A stretch of DNA of 64,000 nt, from positions 94,986,001 through 95,050,000 of the forward strand of contig NC_086097.1 in the NCBI RefSeq assembly GCF_963921235.1, in the 5' to 3' direction. Under the pieces are notes generated by a model. The model searched no databases and was not told the origin of the DNA. It saw nothing but the letters and a program-made list of their open reading frames with translations. Shown here piece after piece: positions 40,138 through 51,011 of this stretch. The stretch comes from Mobula hypostoma (taxonomy: Eukaryota). The position numbers and the translations under genes are program-made. How positions within the stretch are numbered: the stretch's first letter is position 1; each line of letters begins with the position of its first letter.

Positions 40138-40829
40138 GTTAATTTGCAGTTTGAGTCTATGGTGAGGAAGGTAAATGTGATGCTACCATTTGTTTCAATG
40201 TAGAATACAAGGACTAGAATATACAAGCAAGGATGTAATGTTGAGATTTTGTAAGTTGGTGAGACCTCACTTGGAATATTATGAGCAGTTTTGGGCCCCT
40301 TTTCTTAGAAAGGATGTGCTGACATTGGAGAGGGTTCAAAGGAGGTTCACAAAAATTATTCCAGGATTGAATGGCTTGCTACATGAAGAGCATTTGATGG
40401 CTCTGGCTCTGTATTCACTATAATTCAGGAAAATGAGCAGTGTCCAAATTGAAACCTATCAAATTTTGAAAGGCCTTGTTGGAGTGCATTTGGAGGGGAT
40501 GTTTCCTATGGTGGGAGAGTCTAGGACCAGAGGATACAGCCTCAGAATAAAGGGGTGTCCTTTTAGAATGGAGGTGAGGAGGAATTTCTTTAGCTAGAGA
40601 GTGGTGAATCTGTGGAATTCGTTGCCACAGGCTGCTTTGGAGAACAAGTGTCTATGTATATTTAGGGCAGAGGTTGATAGATTTTTGGTTGGTCAGGGCG
40701 TGAAGGGATATAAAAGCTGTCATCTGGGAGGACATAGTCAGAGTGGTGATCTTAAGACTTTAGCTCTTCAAGGCTTCAATGAAGAAAGGCTTCACTCAAA
40801 GAAAGCAAAGGAAAGAAAAGGAAGTCAGT

Positions 40830-41035
40830 CCTGCCTGTGGCCATCAAACTTTACAATTCCTCCCTTGGAGGGTCAGACACCCTGAGCCAATAGGCTGATT
40901 CTGGACTTTCCTGGCATAATTTACATATTACTATTTAATTATTTATGGTTTAATTACTATTTAATTAGATATGGTGCAACTGTAACGAAAACCAATTTCC
41001 CCTGGGATCAATAAAGTATGACTATGACTATGACT
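40830..41035 (+). mobile_element. Rex1/Babar-type 3' end
   Basis: CCTGCCTGTGGCCATCAAACT (LPVAIKL) ... CAATAAAG(TATGAC)n. Confidence 0.7.
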
Positions 41036-41039
41036 GTGA

Positions 41040-44000
41040 AAAGCCCATTATTTTCGTTCCCTTCTTTATATCTGCTCAGAGATGTGGGAAAGCAGAGATA
41101 CCCTGTGTCCCTGATGACTACAACAGCAAGAAGTAATTCCAGCTGCAGCTCCTAACAAACCATGTTAAGGAGCTGGAGCTGGAACTGGATGAACTCTGGA
41201 TCATTCGGAAGGTTGAGGGGGTGATACATAGGACATACAGAGAGGTTGTTACACCCAAGATGCAGGACACAGGAAACTAGGTAACAGTCAGGAAGGGGAA
41301 AGAGGTTAAGGAGCCAGTGCAGAGTACTCCTGTGACTGCTGCTACTATTACTACTACGTCGACTCAGGCCTAGGGGGCCGGCGTTGGGCACGATGACGGA
41401 CTCTCCACTTCTCCCTCTCTCTCATCAGTGTGTTCAGTTCATCTACATTAACCACGCTGCTGTCTTCTAGGAGCGTGTTGACCATAGTCTTAGGAGGGCG
41501 CCCAGGGTTCATCCTCCCGTGCTTGGGCTCTCATATGATGACTAGGCTGGCAGGTAGCTCGGGGTGGCGTAGAAAGTGCCCCGCTAGTTGCAGTCTTCTC
41601 GTCTCGATTTTAGTGGTGAGCATCGGTAGGTCGTCATAGGGCTCGACGTTCGTCATGTGCTGTTGCCAACTCGCGTCAAGAGCCATCCGGAGCATTCGTG
41701 TACAGCAACCATCTAGAGACTTTCGCATCGTCTTGGTGAGTGTCCACGTCTCGCATCCGTATGTGAGAATGGACTCTATGACTGCTATGAAGATCCTCTT
41801 TTTAAGCCCTCTGATCAGGTTTGACTTCCAGATTTCCTTCATGTTGTTTCTTAGCCCTTCACGCCAGTGCCTTCTGTATTTTTATGTCCTTCTCCGGACT
41901 CATCATTCTTGACCCGAGGTACTTGAAGTCAAAGACTTTCTTAATAGTATCATTCTTTACGGTCTTGAGAGTACCTTCGTCGCAGTTAAACGCCATGTAC
42001 TCTGTCTTTTTAGCATTTAGGTGAAGTCCAACTTTATTGCACTCAGTTTCCACTTTTGTCAGTAGCTGCTGTGCTTCCTCCATCTGGTCAGAGAGCAGAA
42101 CTATGTTATCTGCATAATCGGGATCTGTGAGTATAACTGGTCTGAGCCTTTTGGTTCGTCCTGGTTTTATGGTAAAACCGAACTCCTTTGGCCATCCCTC
42201 TCAACAACAGGTATGTCACTTTAGATACTCACGGTGGGGTGGATGACCTAACCAGAGGAAAGTTGTAGTGGGTGAGTCTTTGGCACTGAGTCTGCCTCTG
42301 TAACTCAGAAGGGGAAGTGGAGGAGAAGAGGCACACTGTGGCGATAGGAGATTCATAGTTAGGGGAATGAACAGGAGGTTCTGTGAGCGAGAATGAGATT
42401 CCCGAATGATAGGTTGCCTCTCGGGTGCCAGAATCGGGATATCTCGGATCGAGTCCTCAGCATTCTTAAGTGGGAGGGTGAACAGCCAGAAGTCATGGTC
42501 CATGTCGGTACCAGTGACATGGGTAGGATGAGTGACGAGGTTCTGCATAGGGAGTTCAGGGAATTAAGGTGCTAAGTTAAAGGGCAGAACCTCCAGGGTT
42601 GTGATCTCAGGATCTCTACCTGTGCCACGTGCTACTAAGGCCAGAACTAGGAAGATTATACAGTTTAATATGTGGCTCGGAGGGAGGGCATAAGGTTTTT
42701 GGATCCTTGGGCTCCCTTTCAGGGAAGGTGGAACCTATACAGAAGGGAAAGCTTGCACCCGAATTGGAGGGAGACTAATATCCTAGCGGGAAGGTTTGTT
42801 AATGCTGCACAGTGGGGTTTAAACTAAAGTTGCAGGGGGATGGGAACCAGACTGCCAGAACAGTTAGTGGAGAGGTTGTGGAGGCAGATGTTGGTAAGAC
42901 CTCAGACAAAGTCAGGAATCAAAAGGTGAGTGTGGTACGACTAGTGTCCTGAACTGCATATATTTCAATGCAGCAAGTATCATAGGAAAGGCAGATAATA
43001 GTGCTGACGATGACGTAGCTGCTTTGCAAACAGAGGCAATGTGTAGTGAGGAGAGGCTGTTGACAGGGCAAAATTGCAGTCAACAGGATGACTTGCAATG
43101 TAAAGGCAGACAAGATCGAAAAGGGTGAATACAGGGTGTTGTATCTGAAACCGCGCAGTACACGGAATAAGGTAGATGGACTTGCAGCACAGTCGCAGAT
43201 TGGCAGGTATGATGTTGTAGGCATCACTGAATCATGGCTAAAACAAGATCTTAATGTCCAGGGATACAAATTGTATCAAAAGGGCAGGCAGGAAGGCAGA
43301 GGGGCTTTGCTCTGTTGGTTTAAAAAAAATAAAATCTTTAGAAAGAGGTGACATAGGGTCAGAAGGTGTTGAATCGTTGTGGATAGAGCTAAGGAACTAC
43401 AAGGGTAAAAAGACCCTGATGGGAATTGTATACAGACCCCAAACAGTAGTAAGGATGTGGCCTACAAATTACAATGGGAAATAGAAAATACATGCCAAAA
43501 GGGCAATGTTACGATAGTCACAGGGGACTTCAATATGCAGGTAGATTGGGAAAATCTGGTTGGTGCTGGATTACAGAGGGGGAGTTTCTGGACTGCCTAT
43601 GAGATGGTTTTTTACAGCAGCTCATGGTTGAGCCCACTAGAGGATCAGCTATTCTGGATTGGGTGTTGAACCAGAATTCATTAGAGAGAAAAAAGATAAA
43701 AGAACCCTTTGGGGCAAGTGATCATAATATGATCAAATTCACCCTAAAATGTGAGGAGAAAGTCAGATGTATCAGTATTACAGTGGAGTAAAGGGAATTA
43801 CAGAGGAGTTGGCCAGAATTGATTGGAAAAGAACACTGGCAATGATGACAGCAGAGCAGCAATGGCTGAAATTTCTGGAAGTAATTTGGAAAGCACGGGA
43901 TATATACATCCCAAAGAGGAAGAAGTATTCTAAAGGAAAGATGACACAACCATGGCTAACAAGAGAAGTCAAAGCCATTATAAGAGCCAAAGGAGGGTAT

Positions 44001-44180
44001 ATAATAGAACAAAAAATTAGAGGAAAGTTAGAGGATTGGAAAGCATTTAAAAACCAACAGAAGGCAACTAAAAAAGTCATTAAGAAGGTAAAGATGGAAT
44101 ACGAAAGTAAGCTAGCCGATAATAGTAAGGAGGATACCAGAAGTTTTTTCAGATACATAACTTGTAAAAGAGAGGCTTTA
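41040..44180 (+). mobile_element. CR1 5' half (ORF1 and APE), chimeric, with an RTE insertion
   Basis: QLQLLTNHVKELELELDEL; VMVHVGTSD; YDVVGITESW; TGDFN; PWLTREVK. Confidence 0.88.
41335..42181 (-). mobile_element. RTE-clade LINE, 5'-truncated, CpG-rich
   Basis: DYADN, GLHLNAKKTEYM, FKYLGS, ESILTYGCETWTLT, RRLQLAGH; (GTA)n tail; ACTCCTG/TTG duplicated at 41326 and 42182. Confidence 0.9.
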
Positions 44181-45259
44181 CTGAGGCAGTGATAAATGTA
44201 GACAGAGTCCATGGAGACAAGGCTTACTTCTGTGATATGCTGAGCTGTGTTTCACAACTCTGCAGTTTCCTGCGGTCATGGAGCACAGTATCTGAATTAG
44301 ATGCCTTCTATGGTGCATTGATAAAAATTGGTGAGAGTCAAAGGGACATATAAAATTTCTTCAGTCTCCTGAGGTATGTCCTCCAATTCTTGATTCCCTA
44401 ACCCTGCGAACAAAGACTGTGTTAATTGACCCTATTATGACTTCATGATTTTATATACCTCTCTCTCTCCCACACTTCTAACCTGTTTAAACTCCCTCCA
44501 TAGCTCAAGCCCTGGAGTCCTGGAAACATCCTTATAAATCTCTTCACTCTTTCCAGCTTAATGGCATCTTTCTTACAGCAGGGGGCTCAAAACTGAACAA
44601 TTTTTTTTAGAAAGCAATATTACAGTCACTGTGAGCCAATGGCGGAAGGAATGAATACGAAGGATGGCAAATGGGATGCTAATCAAGTGGATCGTTTTGT
44701 TCTTTTGAGCTTATTGAGTATTCTTAGAGCTGTACTCATCCAAGCAATTGGAGAGTGTTCCATCACACTCCTGACTTGTATATGGTGAAAAGGTCTGGCT
44801 TGTGTGAGGGTGAGTCACTAACCACAAGAACCCAGTCCCTAACCCACTCCTGTAACCACAGAATTCACGCAGCTGGTCAAGTTGAGTTTCCAAAGGGAAG
44901 ATTTCCTGAGGAGCTGGCATTAGGACCAGTACTGCTTTTGGTAATTGTAAGTGTTCTGGATTTGGATGTGTAGGACACACACTAGTTGAAAGTCTGCATA
45001 TGAGATGAAGTTCAAAAATGCAGGGAAAAGCAACAAATTTCAGAGGACATCAGGCAGTCTGGTGAAATGGACAGACATAAGTAAGATGAAGTTTAAGGTT
45101 GAGAAGTATGAAGGAATTAAATTGAATGGGAAGAGGTGCTGTATAATTTTTACAAGGGATGTAAGAAACACAAAACATAAGGGGGATGTTCACAAGTCTC
45201 TTCTGATGAATAACATGTTTTACAGGGATGATACTACCCTGACTGTGGTATCCAGAAGC

Positions 45260-47614
45260 AGATTCAAAGATTCAAAAAAACTTTATTGTCATTCTAACCA
45301 TACATCAGCTCTGCAGGGCAGAATGAGACAGCATTTCTCAGGGGCAGTGCAATCATAGCATAACAGATGCAACACTAACTAATAAACATAACAATAAATA
45401 GTAAAACACAACAGCCACATGTCAGTTAAAATCAGTTATAAGTGTCCAGTGCAAGTTAAAAGTGTCCAAAGCAGAGTCAGCTAGAGCAGCTATTTAGCAG
45501 TCTGACTGCCTGTGGGAGGAAGCTGTTTAGTAGCCTTGTGGTTTTAGTTTTGATGCTCCTGTAACGTTTGCCTGATGGCAGAAGAACAAACAGTTCATGG
45601 AGAGGGTGTGAGGGGTCTTTAATGATGTACCGTGTCTTCTGGAGGCATCGACTCTGAAAGAGGTCTTGGACAGAAGGTAGGGAGACCCCAATAACCTTCT
45701 CTGCTCCCCTAACCACCCTCTGCAAGGCTTTTTTGATGACAGCACTGCAGCTGGAGTACCAGGTTGTGATGCAAAAGGTCAGCACACTCTCGACCACGCT
45801 TCTGTAGAATGTAGTTAAGATGTTAGTGGGGCATGATGCTTGTTTAAGCTTCCTCAGAAAGTGCAATCTCTGCTGGGCCCGTTTCACAATCCCAGTGGTG
45901 TTCCTGGACCAGGTGAGATTGTCCGAGATCTGTACCCCAAGGAACTTGATGTTTTCCACTCTCTCCACTGTGGAGCCGCTGATGCTGAGGGGTGTGTGCT
46001 CAGGCGGAGACCGTCTGAAATCGACGATCATCTCCTTGGTTTTGGTGACATTAAGCATCAAGTTGTTATCCCTGCACCAGCTCTCTAGGTGTTTGACCTC
46101 CTCTCTGTACATTGTTTCATCAGTATTGCTGATGAGCCCCCACCACTGTGGTATCATCTGCAAATTTAATGATCAGGTTCTCCTTGAATCTGGCTGCACA
46201 GTCATGTGTTAGCAGTGTACACAGCAATGCGCTAAGTACACAGCCTTGTGGGGATCCAGTGCCCAGTGTGATGAAGTCAGAGATGTTCCTGCCAACACGG
46301 ACTGACTGTGGTCTCTCTGACAAGAAATCCAGAATCCAGCGACACATGGCAGTGCTAAGGCCAAGCAGTGACAGTTTCTCCACTATGGGATGATGGGATG
46401 ATGGTATTGAACGCTGAACTGAAATCAATGTACAGGATTCTGGCATAAGTGTCTTTGTTGTCCAAGTGAGAGAGAACTGTGTGCAGTGTAGTGGATATTG
46501 CCTCCTCTGTACAGCGATTTGGAGGATAAGCAAACTGTAGAGGATCCAGCGATGAGGGGAGGCTGGCTGTGATATGAGGCTTGACAAGCCATTCAAAACA
46601 TTTCATCACTATGGGGGTCAGGGCAACGGGTCGGTAATCATTCAGACAAGCTACAACTGATTTCTTTGCTACAGGGATGATTGTGGAGGTTTTGAAGCAT
46701 CTGGGGACAAAAGCTTGACTAAGAGAGATGTTGAAAATGTCTGTCAGGACATCTGCTAATACATCAGCACATTCCTTGAGCACACGTCCAGGGATGTTGT
46801 CGAGACCTCCCGCTTTTCGTGGGTTGACCCTGGCAAGGGTCCTCCGTGTTTGCTCTGGATCAATGATTGAAGCCGGCTGGTCAGATAGTGAAAAGGGACT
46901 GGCTCTCCCCCTTGCTGTAGTGTTTGATGCTTCGAAGTGGGCAAAGAAATTGTTCGGCCTGTCTGGAAGAGAGACGTCGCTGTCATCAGTTTTCTGCCTG
47001 ATCTTGTAGTCTGTCAGAGCTTTAATTCCCTGCCACATCCGTCTGGTGTCACCTGTGTCACAGAAGTGTCCATATATTTTGCCCGTGTAGGCCCTTATCG
47101 CTTTCCTGATCCCGAGTGAAAGCGCAGACCTGGCTGAGCGAAGCGCTCTCCTGTCCCCCGATCTGTAGGCTGTGTCACGGGCCTTCAGTAGTGAACGCAC
47201 CGCTGTTGTCATCCACGGCTTTTCATAACCATGTGCGGTGAAGGTTTTCATCACAGTGACATCCTCCGTGCATTTGGCTATGTAGCTGATTACTGCCTCC
47301 GCATACTCCTCAATGTCTGTATGGTCATCATAGGAGGCTGCTGTTTTGAATATGTCCCAGTCTGTGTGCAAAAAACAGTCTTGTAGTGCTGAGGCTGCTC
47401 CTTTTGGCCAGACCCTTATCTCTCTTTTCTCTGCTCTCACACGTTTAAGCAGTGGTTTATTTGCTGGTGTTAATATGACAGATATGTGGTCAGAGTGGCC
47501 AAGATGGGGGTGGGGGGCTGCTTTGTATGCCTGTGGTGTGTTGGTATAAACCAAGTCCAGTGTGTTGTCTCCCCTAGTTTTGAAATCCACATATTGCCAG
47601 AATTCGGGGAACAC
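45260..47614 (-). mobile_element. Young Rex1/Babar LINE (APE C-terminus, RT, tail)
   Basis: ORFs 46355-47614, 46120-46596 and 45477-46163: [60 protein letters not shown] then (GAATCTTT)n tail; two frameshifts. Confidence 0.95.
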
Positions 47615-47679
47615 AGGTCAGAGGTCCTGAGCTCAAAATAAGGGACCAGCCATTCATAACTGAAGTAAGAAGAAATCTT

Positions 47680-48730
47680 CAGAACACTGCATCCTCAGTC
47701 TAACTCAGTTGTACTTATAGTCCAACACACCTGTATCCTCAGTTCAGCACAACCATAACCACAGTCTCTCACCTGTATTATCATTCTAATCCATCAGTAT
47801 CCTAGTTTAAAACAGCCGTAACCACATAATCATCAGCCTAATGCACCTGTATCCGAGTTTAAAACAGCCGTAACCACAGTCCCACACATTATCAGCAGCC
47901 TAAAGGCTGATTTGTACTTGTGTGTACCAGCTTACGCCGTAGCCTACGCAAATGGGCTACGCCATTGTCAGCATTTATACTTGTGTGTTGGTGTGTCTGC
48001 GTCACTCTGCAATTCACCGCCAAAACGCGAGTTGGTGGTGGGGTTTCTATGCCACTGCGTTGAAACTCAACACGAAGAAACTCAAACTTCAAACAATGGC
48101 GACTGAAACTGAAGGAGGGTGAATTTTCTGTGCTTGTCCGGCCACTGAGAGACATAGACGAGGAAATGCATTTCAAATATTTTCAGATGTCGGCAGGTAG
48201 ATTTGACGATTTGGTTCATCGTCTCCAACCATTTATTTCGCATCAGTGTACACAGAGTATACTCAGAGACTGGCAATCACCATTCGAGTTTTAGCTTCAG
48301 GTGGAAGTCAACAGGCTGTAGCAGCTAGCTACAAACTGGCGTCAAGCACAGGGTCCTCCATAATTTCAGAGGTCTGTAAAGCTTTATGGAAAGCATTGCA
48401 GCCAGAGTTCCTTCCCTGCCCTTCAGTCACCCAATGGGAAGCTACTGCAGCGTAGGAGGAAATGCGATGTTACCAAACAGACCAATCACAGTTGTTGCGG
48501 TCTGCGTCGCCACAACATGTAGTTACATTTTTGGGGAGGAGCGCGTCAGGCTACGGTGTAGGGTACGCGGCTATGCCATACTTACGGCGTTGATTTGATG
48601 CAAAAGTATAAATTGGCCTTAACGCACCTGTATTAACACAATTGTAACCACAACCAACATTTGCAATATCGGTCCAACACACCTGCATCCTCAGTCCAAG
48701 GCAACTGCATCCTCAGTTGCAGGTACCTGT
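47680..48730 (+). repeat. Degenerate ~50-60 bp minisatellite, split by a Harbinger insertion
   Basis: Recurring CACCTGTATCC..AAAACAGCCGTAACCACA..ATCAGCCTAA units. Confidence 0.65.
47904..48619 (+). mobile_element. Internally deleted PIF/Harbinger transposon
   Basis: TAA TSD (47901, 48620); TIRs AGGCTGATTTGTACTT / AAGTATAAATTGGCCT; transposase remnant [38 protein letters not shown]. Confidence 0.9.
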
Positions 48731-48790
48731 AGCTCCAAAAACCTTACTCAGTCTAATACTTGTGGGATATGTATGCTTGACCCCCTAGAA

Positions 48791-48869
48791 CACAGGTTCC
48801 CAAACTTTTAATGCCATGGACCAATACCATTAAGCAAGAGCTCTGTGGATCCCTGGTTAGGAACCCCTG
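48791..48869. mobile_element. 79-bp hAT (Charlie-like) MITE
   Basis: Termini CACAGGTTCCCAA / TTAGGAACCCCTG; 8-bp TSD CCCTAGAA/CCCTATAA. Confidence 0.75.
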
Positions 48870-49194
48870 CCCTATAAGATTGTTTCAAAGTGACACCAAG
48901 TATATATTTGCCTCAACATAATTTTGGTAAATGCTCTATGCTAATGAATAGTTGGCCTGAGAAAGCCCCACTGCCACAAGTGTGTAAGAGCAGTGCCCTC
49001 TAAAATGCACATATCCAAAATTGAGCATCTGTCTTCTGGCTCTTAATGAACAAAAATAACCCCAAACCCTTCCATTTGGTTCAGATGATCACTGTAGTCC
49101 CTCTTTTGCTGGCAGTGATTAAATTACCCATAAAGGAGCACATCAGCTCAACCCATGAGGATTGGTAACAATATCTGTTCCTTGTTGATCACTA

Positions 49195-49785
49195 ATCGGG
49201 TGTTACTCATGTCTGTGTGCTTAGCCCACTGTTCAACTTCCCATATGCACATTTCGGTGTGGCTAAGCACAGCTCCAATGTTATCTACATATTTGCCAAT
49301 GACACTGCTTTGTTGGATCACAGATAGATGAGTCAGTTTACCAGAGTGATATAGGTCACTTGGTTGAGTGACGTGGCAACAGCAACCTCTCTCTCGATAT
49401 CAGCAAAACTAAAGAGCTGATTGCTGACTTCAGAAAGGGGAAGTAGGGCAAACATCCACCAGTCTACATTTGGAAACAGTGGTCGAGAGAGGTGGCAGCT
49501 TTAAATTCCTGGTTGTTAACATACTGGATGACCTATACTGGATCAAGGACATAGATGCAATCACAAGGAATGTGTCTTTACTTTCTTAAGAGGTTAGAAA
49601 GGGTCAGCTTATCGTTGAACACTCTAATAAACTTCTACGATGTACTGTTGAAAGCATCTTCACTAGCTGCCTCATGGTCTAGTATGACATTTCAAATACA
49701 CAGAAATGTAAGAAACAGCAGAGAGCACGGACTCAGCCCAATGCATCACAGGCATGTTCCTCCCCACCATCAGAAGTATCTACCA
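49195..49785 (+). mobile_element. Old Rex1/Babar RT fragment
   Basis: ATTTGCCAATGACAC (FAND), AAAACTAAAGAGCTGATTGCTGACTTCAG (KTKELIADF), TTTAAATTCCTGG. Confidence 0.7.
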
Positions 49786-49789
49786 ATAG

Positions 49790-50987
49790 TATCTGAGGAG
49801 GGTAGGGCAGTGGATGTTGTCTACATAGATTTTAGTAAGGTGTTTGACAAAGTCCCTCATGGGAGGCTAATCCAGAAGATTGAGCTGCAGGGGGTCCACA
49901 GTAAATTGGCTGTTTGGATTTAGAACTGGCTTGCACATAGAAATCAGAGGGTAGTGGTTGAAGGATTTATTCGAGCTGGAGGTCTGTAATTAGTGATGTT
50001 CCAAAGGGATTTGTGCTGGGACCTCTGCTGTTTGTAATGTACACAGTATAAATGCCCTGAATGGAAAATGTAGATGGGTGGGTTAGTAAGTCTGTAGATG
50101 ATACCAAGATTGGTGGAGCTGTGGATAGTGTAGAAGACTGACAAAGAATACAGCACAATATAGATCAGTTATAGATATGGGCAGAGAAATGGCAGATGGA
50201 ATTTAACCCAGATAATTGTGAGGTGCTGCACCTACATAGGGCAAATGCAAAGAGACAGTACACTGTTAAGGGCAAGATCCTTAACAGTGTTGCCGAGCAG
50301 AGAGATCTTGGGATCCATGTTCATAGCTCCTTGAAAGTGGCTACAAAGGTCCACAGTAGTTAAGAAGGGTTATAGAATACTTGCTTTTATTAGTCGAGGC
50401 ATTGAGTTCAAGAGTCAAGAGGTTATGTTGCAACTTTATAAAACTCTGGTGAGGCCACATCAGGAGTATTGCATACAATTCTTGTTGCCCCACTATAGGA
50501 AGGATGTTGAGACTTTGGAGAGGGTGCAGAAGAGGTTTACCAGGATACTGCCTGGTTGAGAGGGCATGTGCTATCATTGGAGGCTGGATAAACTTGGGTT
50601 GTTTTCTCTGGAGCGGTGGAGGCTGACAGGAGATCTGATTATGAGAGGCAGAGATAGAGTGGACATAGAGTATCTGTTTCCCAGGGTTGAAGTGTTTAAT
50701 ACTAGAGGGCATGCAATGAAGATGAGAGGGGGAAGGTTCAAGGGGGATGTACGGGGTAAGTCGTGGATGTCTGGAATACACTGCCTGGTATGGAGGCAGA
50801 GGCAAATACATTAGAGGCTTTTGAGAGATGTTTGCATATACACATGGATGTAAGGAGGATGAAGAGATAGAGACATGCTGTAGGTAAGAGGGATTAGTGT
50901 TTGGGTGTTTTTGATTTGCTTTTCAGCTGGTTCGGCACAACATTGTGAGGCGACTGGCCTGTTCCTGTGCTGTACTCTTCTATGTTC
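49790..50987 (+). mobile_element. CR1 RT-to-tail fragment
   Basis: EEGRAVDVVYIDFSKVFDKVPHGRL ... NTRGHAMK; tail TTCTATGTTC. Confidence 0.9.
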
Positions 50988-51011
50988 CGGAGACGCTGTC
51001 TCAAGACGGCA

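Larger units (their letters stand above)
38535..40712 (+). mobile_element. CR1 RT C-terminal region interrupted by a Penelope element
   Basis: AKFANDTKI..KWQMEYSVGKC; resumes at 40138 (LVRPHLEYYEQFW). Confidence 0.85.

Noticed and set aside
45820..47549. Plus-strand ORFs over the Rex1 element (and similar antisense ORFs over CR1s)
   Set aside because: Antisense shadows of LINE coding sequence.
47680..48730. Spaced repeats superficially like a CRISPR array
   Set aside because: Degenerate minisatellite in eukaryotic DNA; no constant repeat/unique spacer structure and no cas genes.
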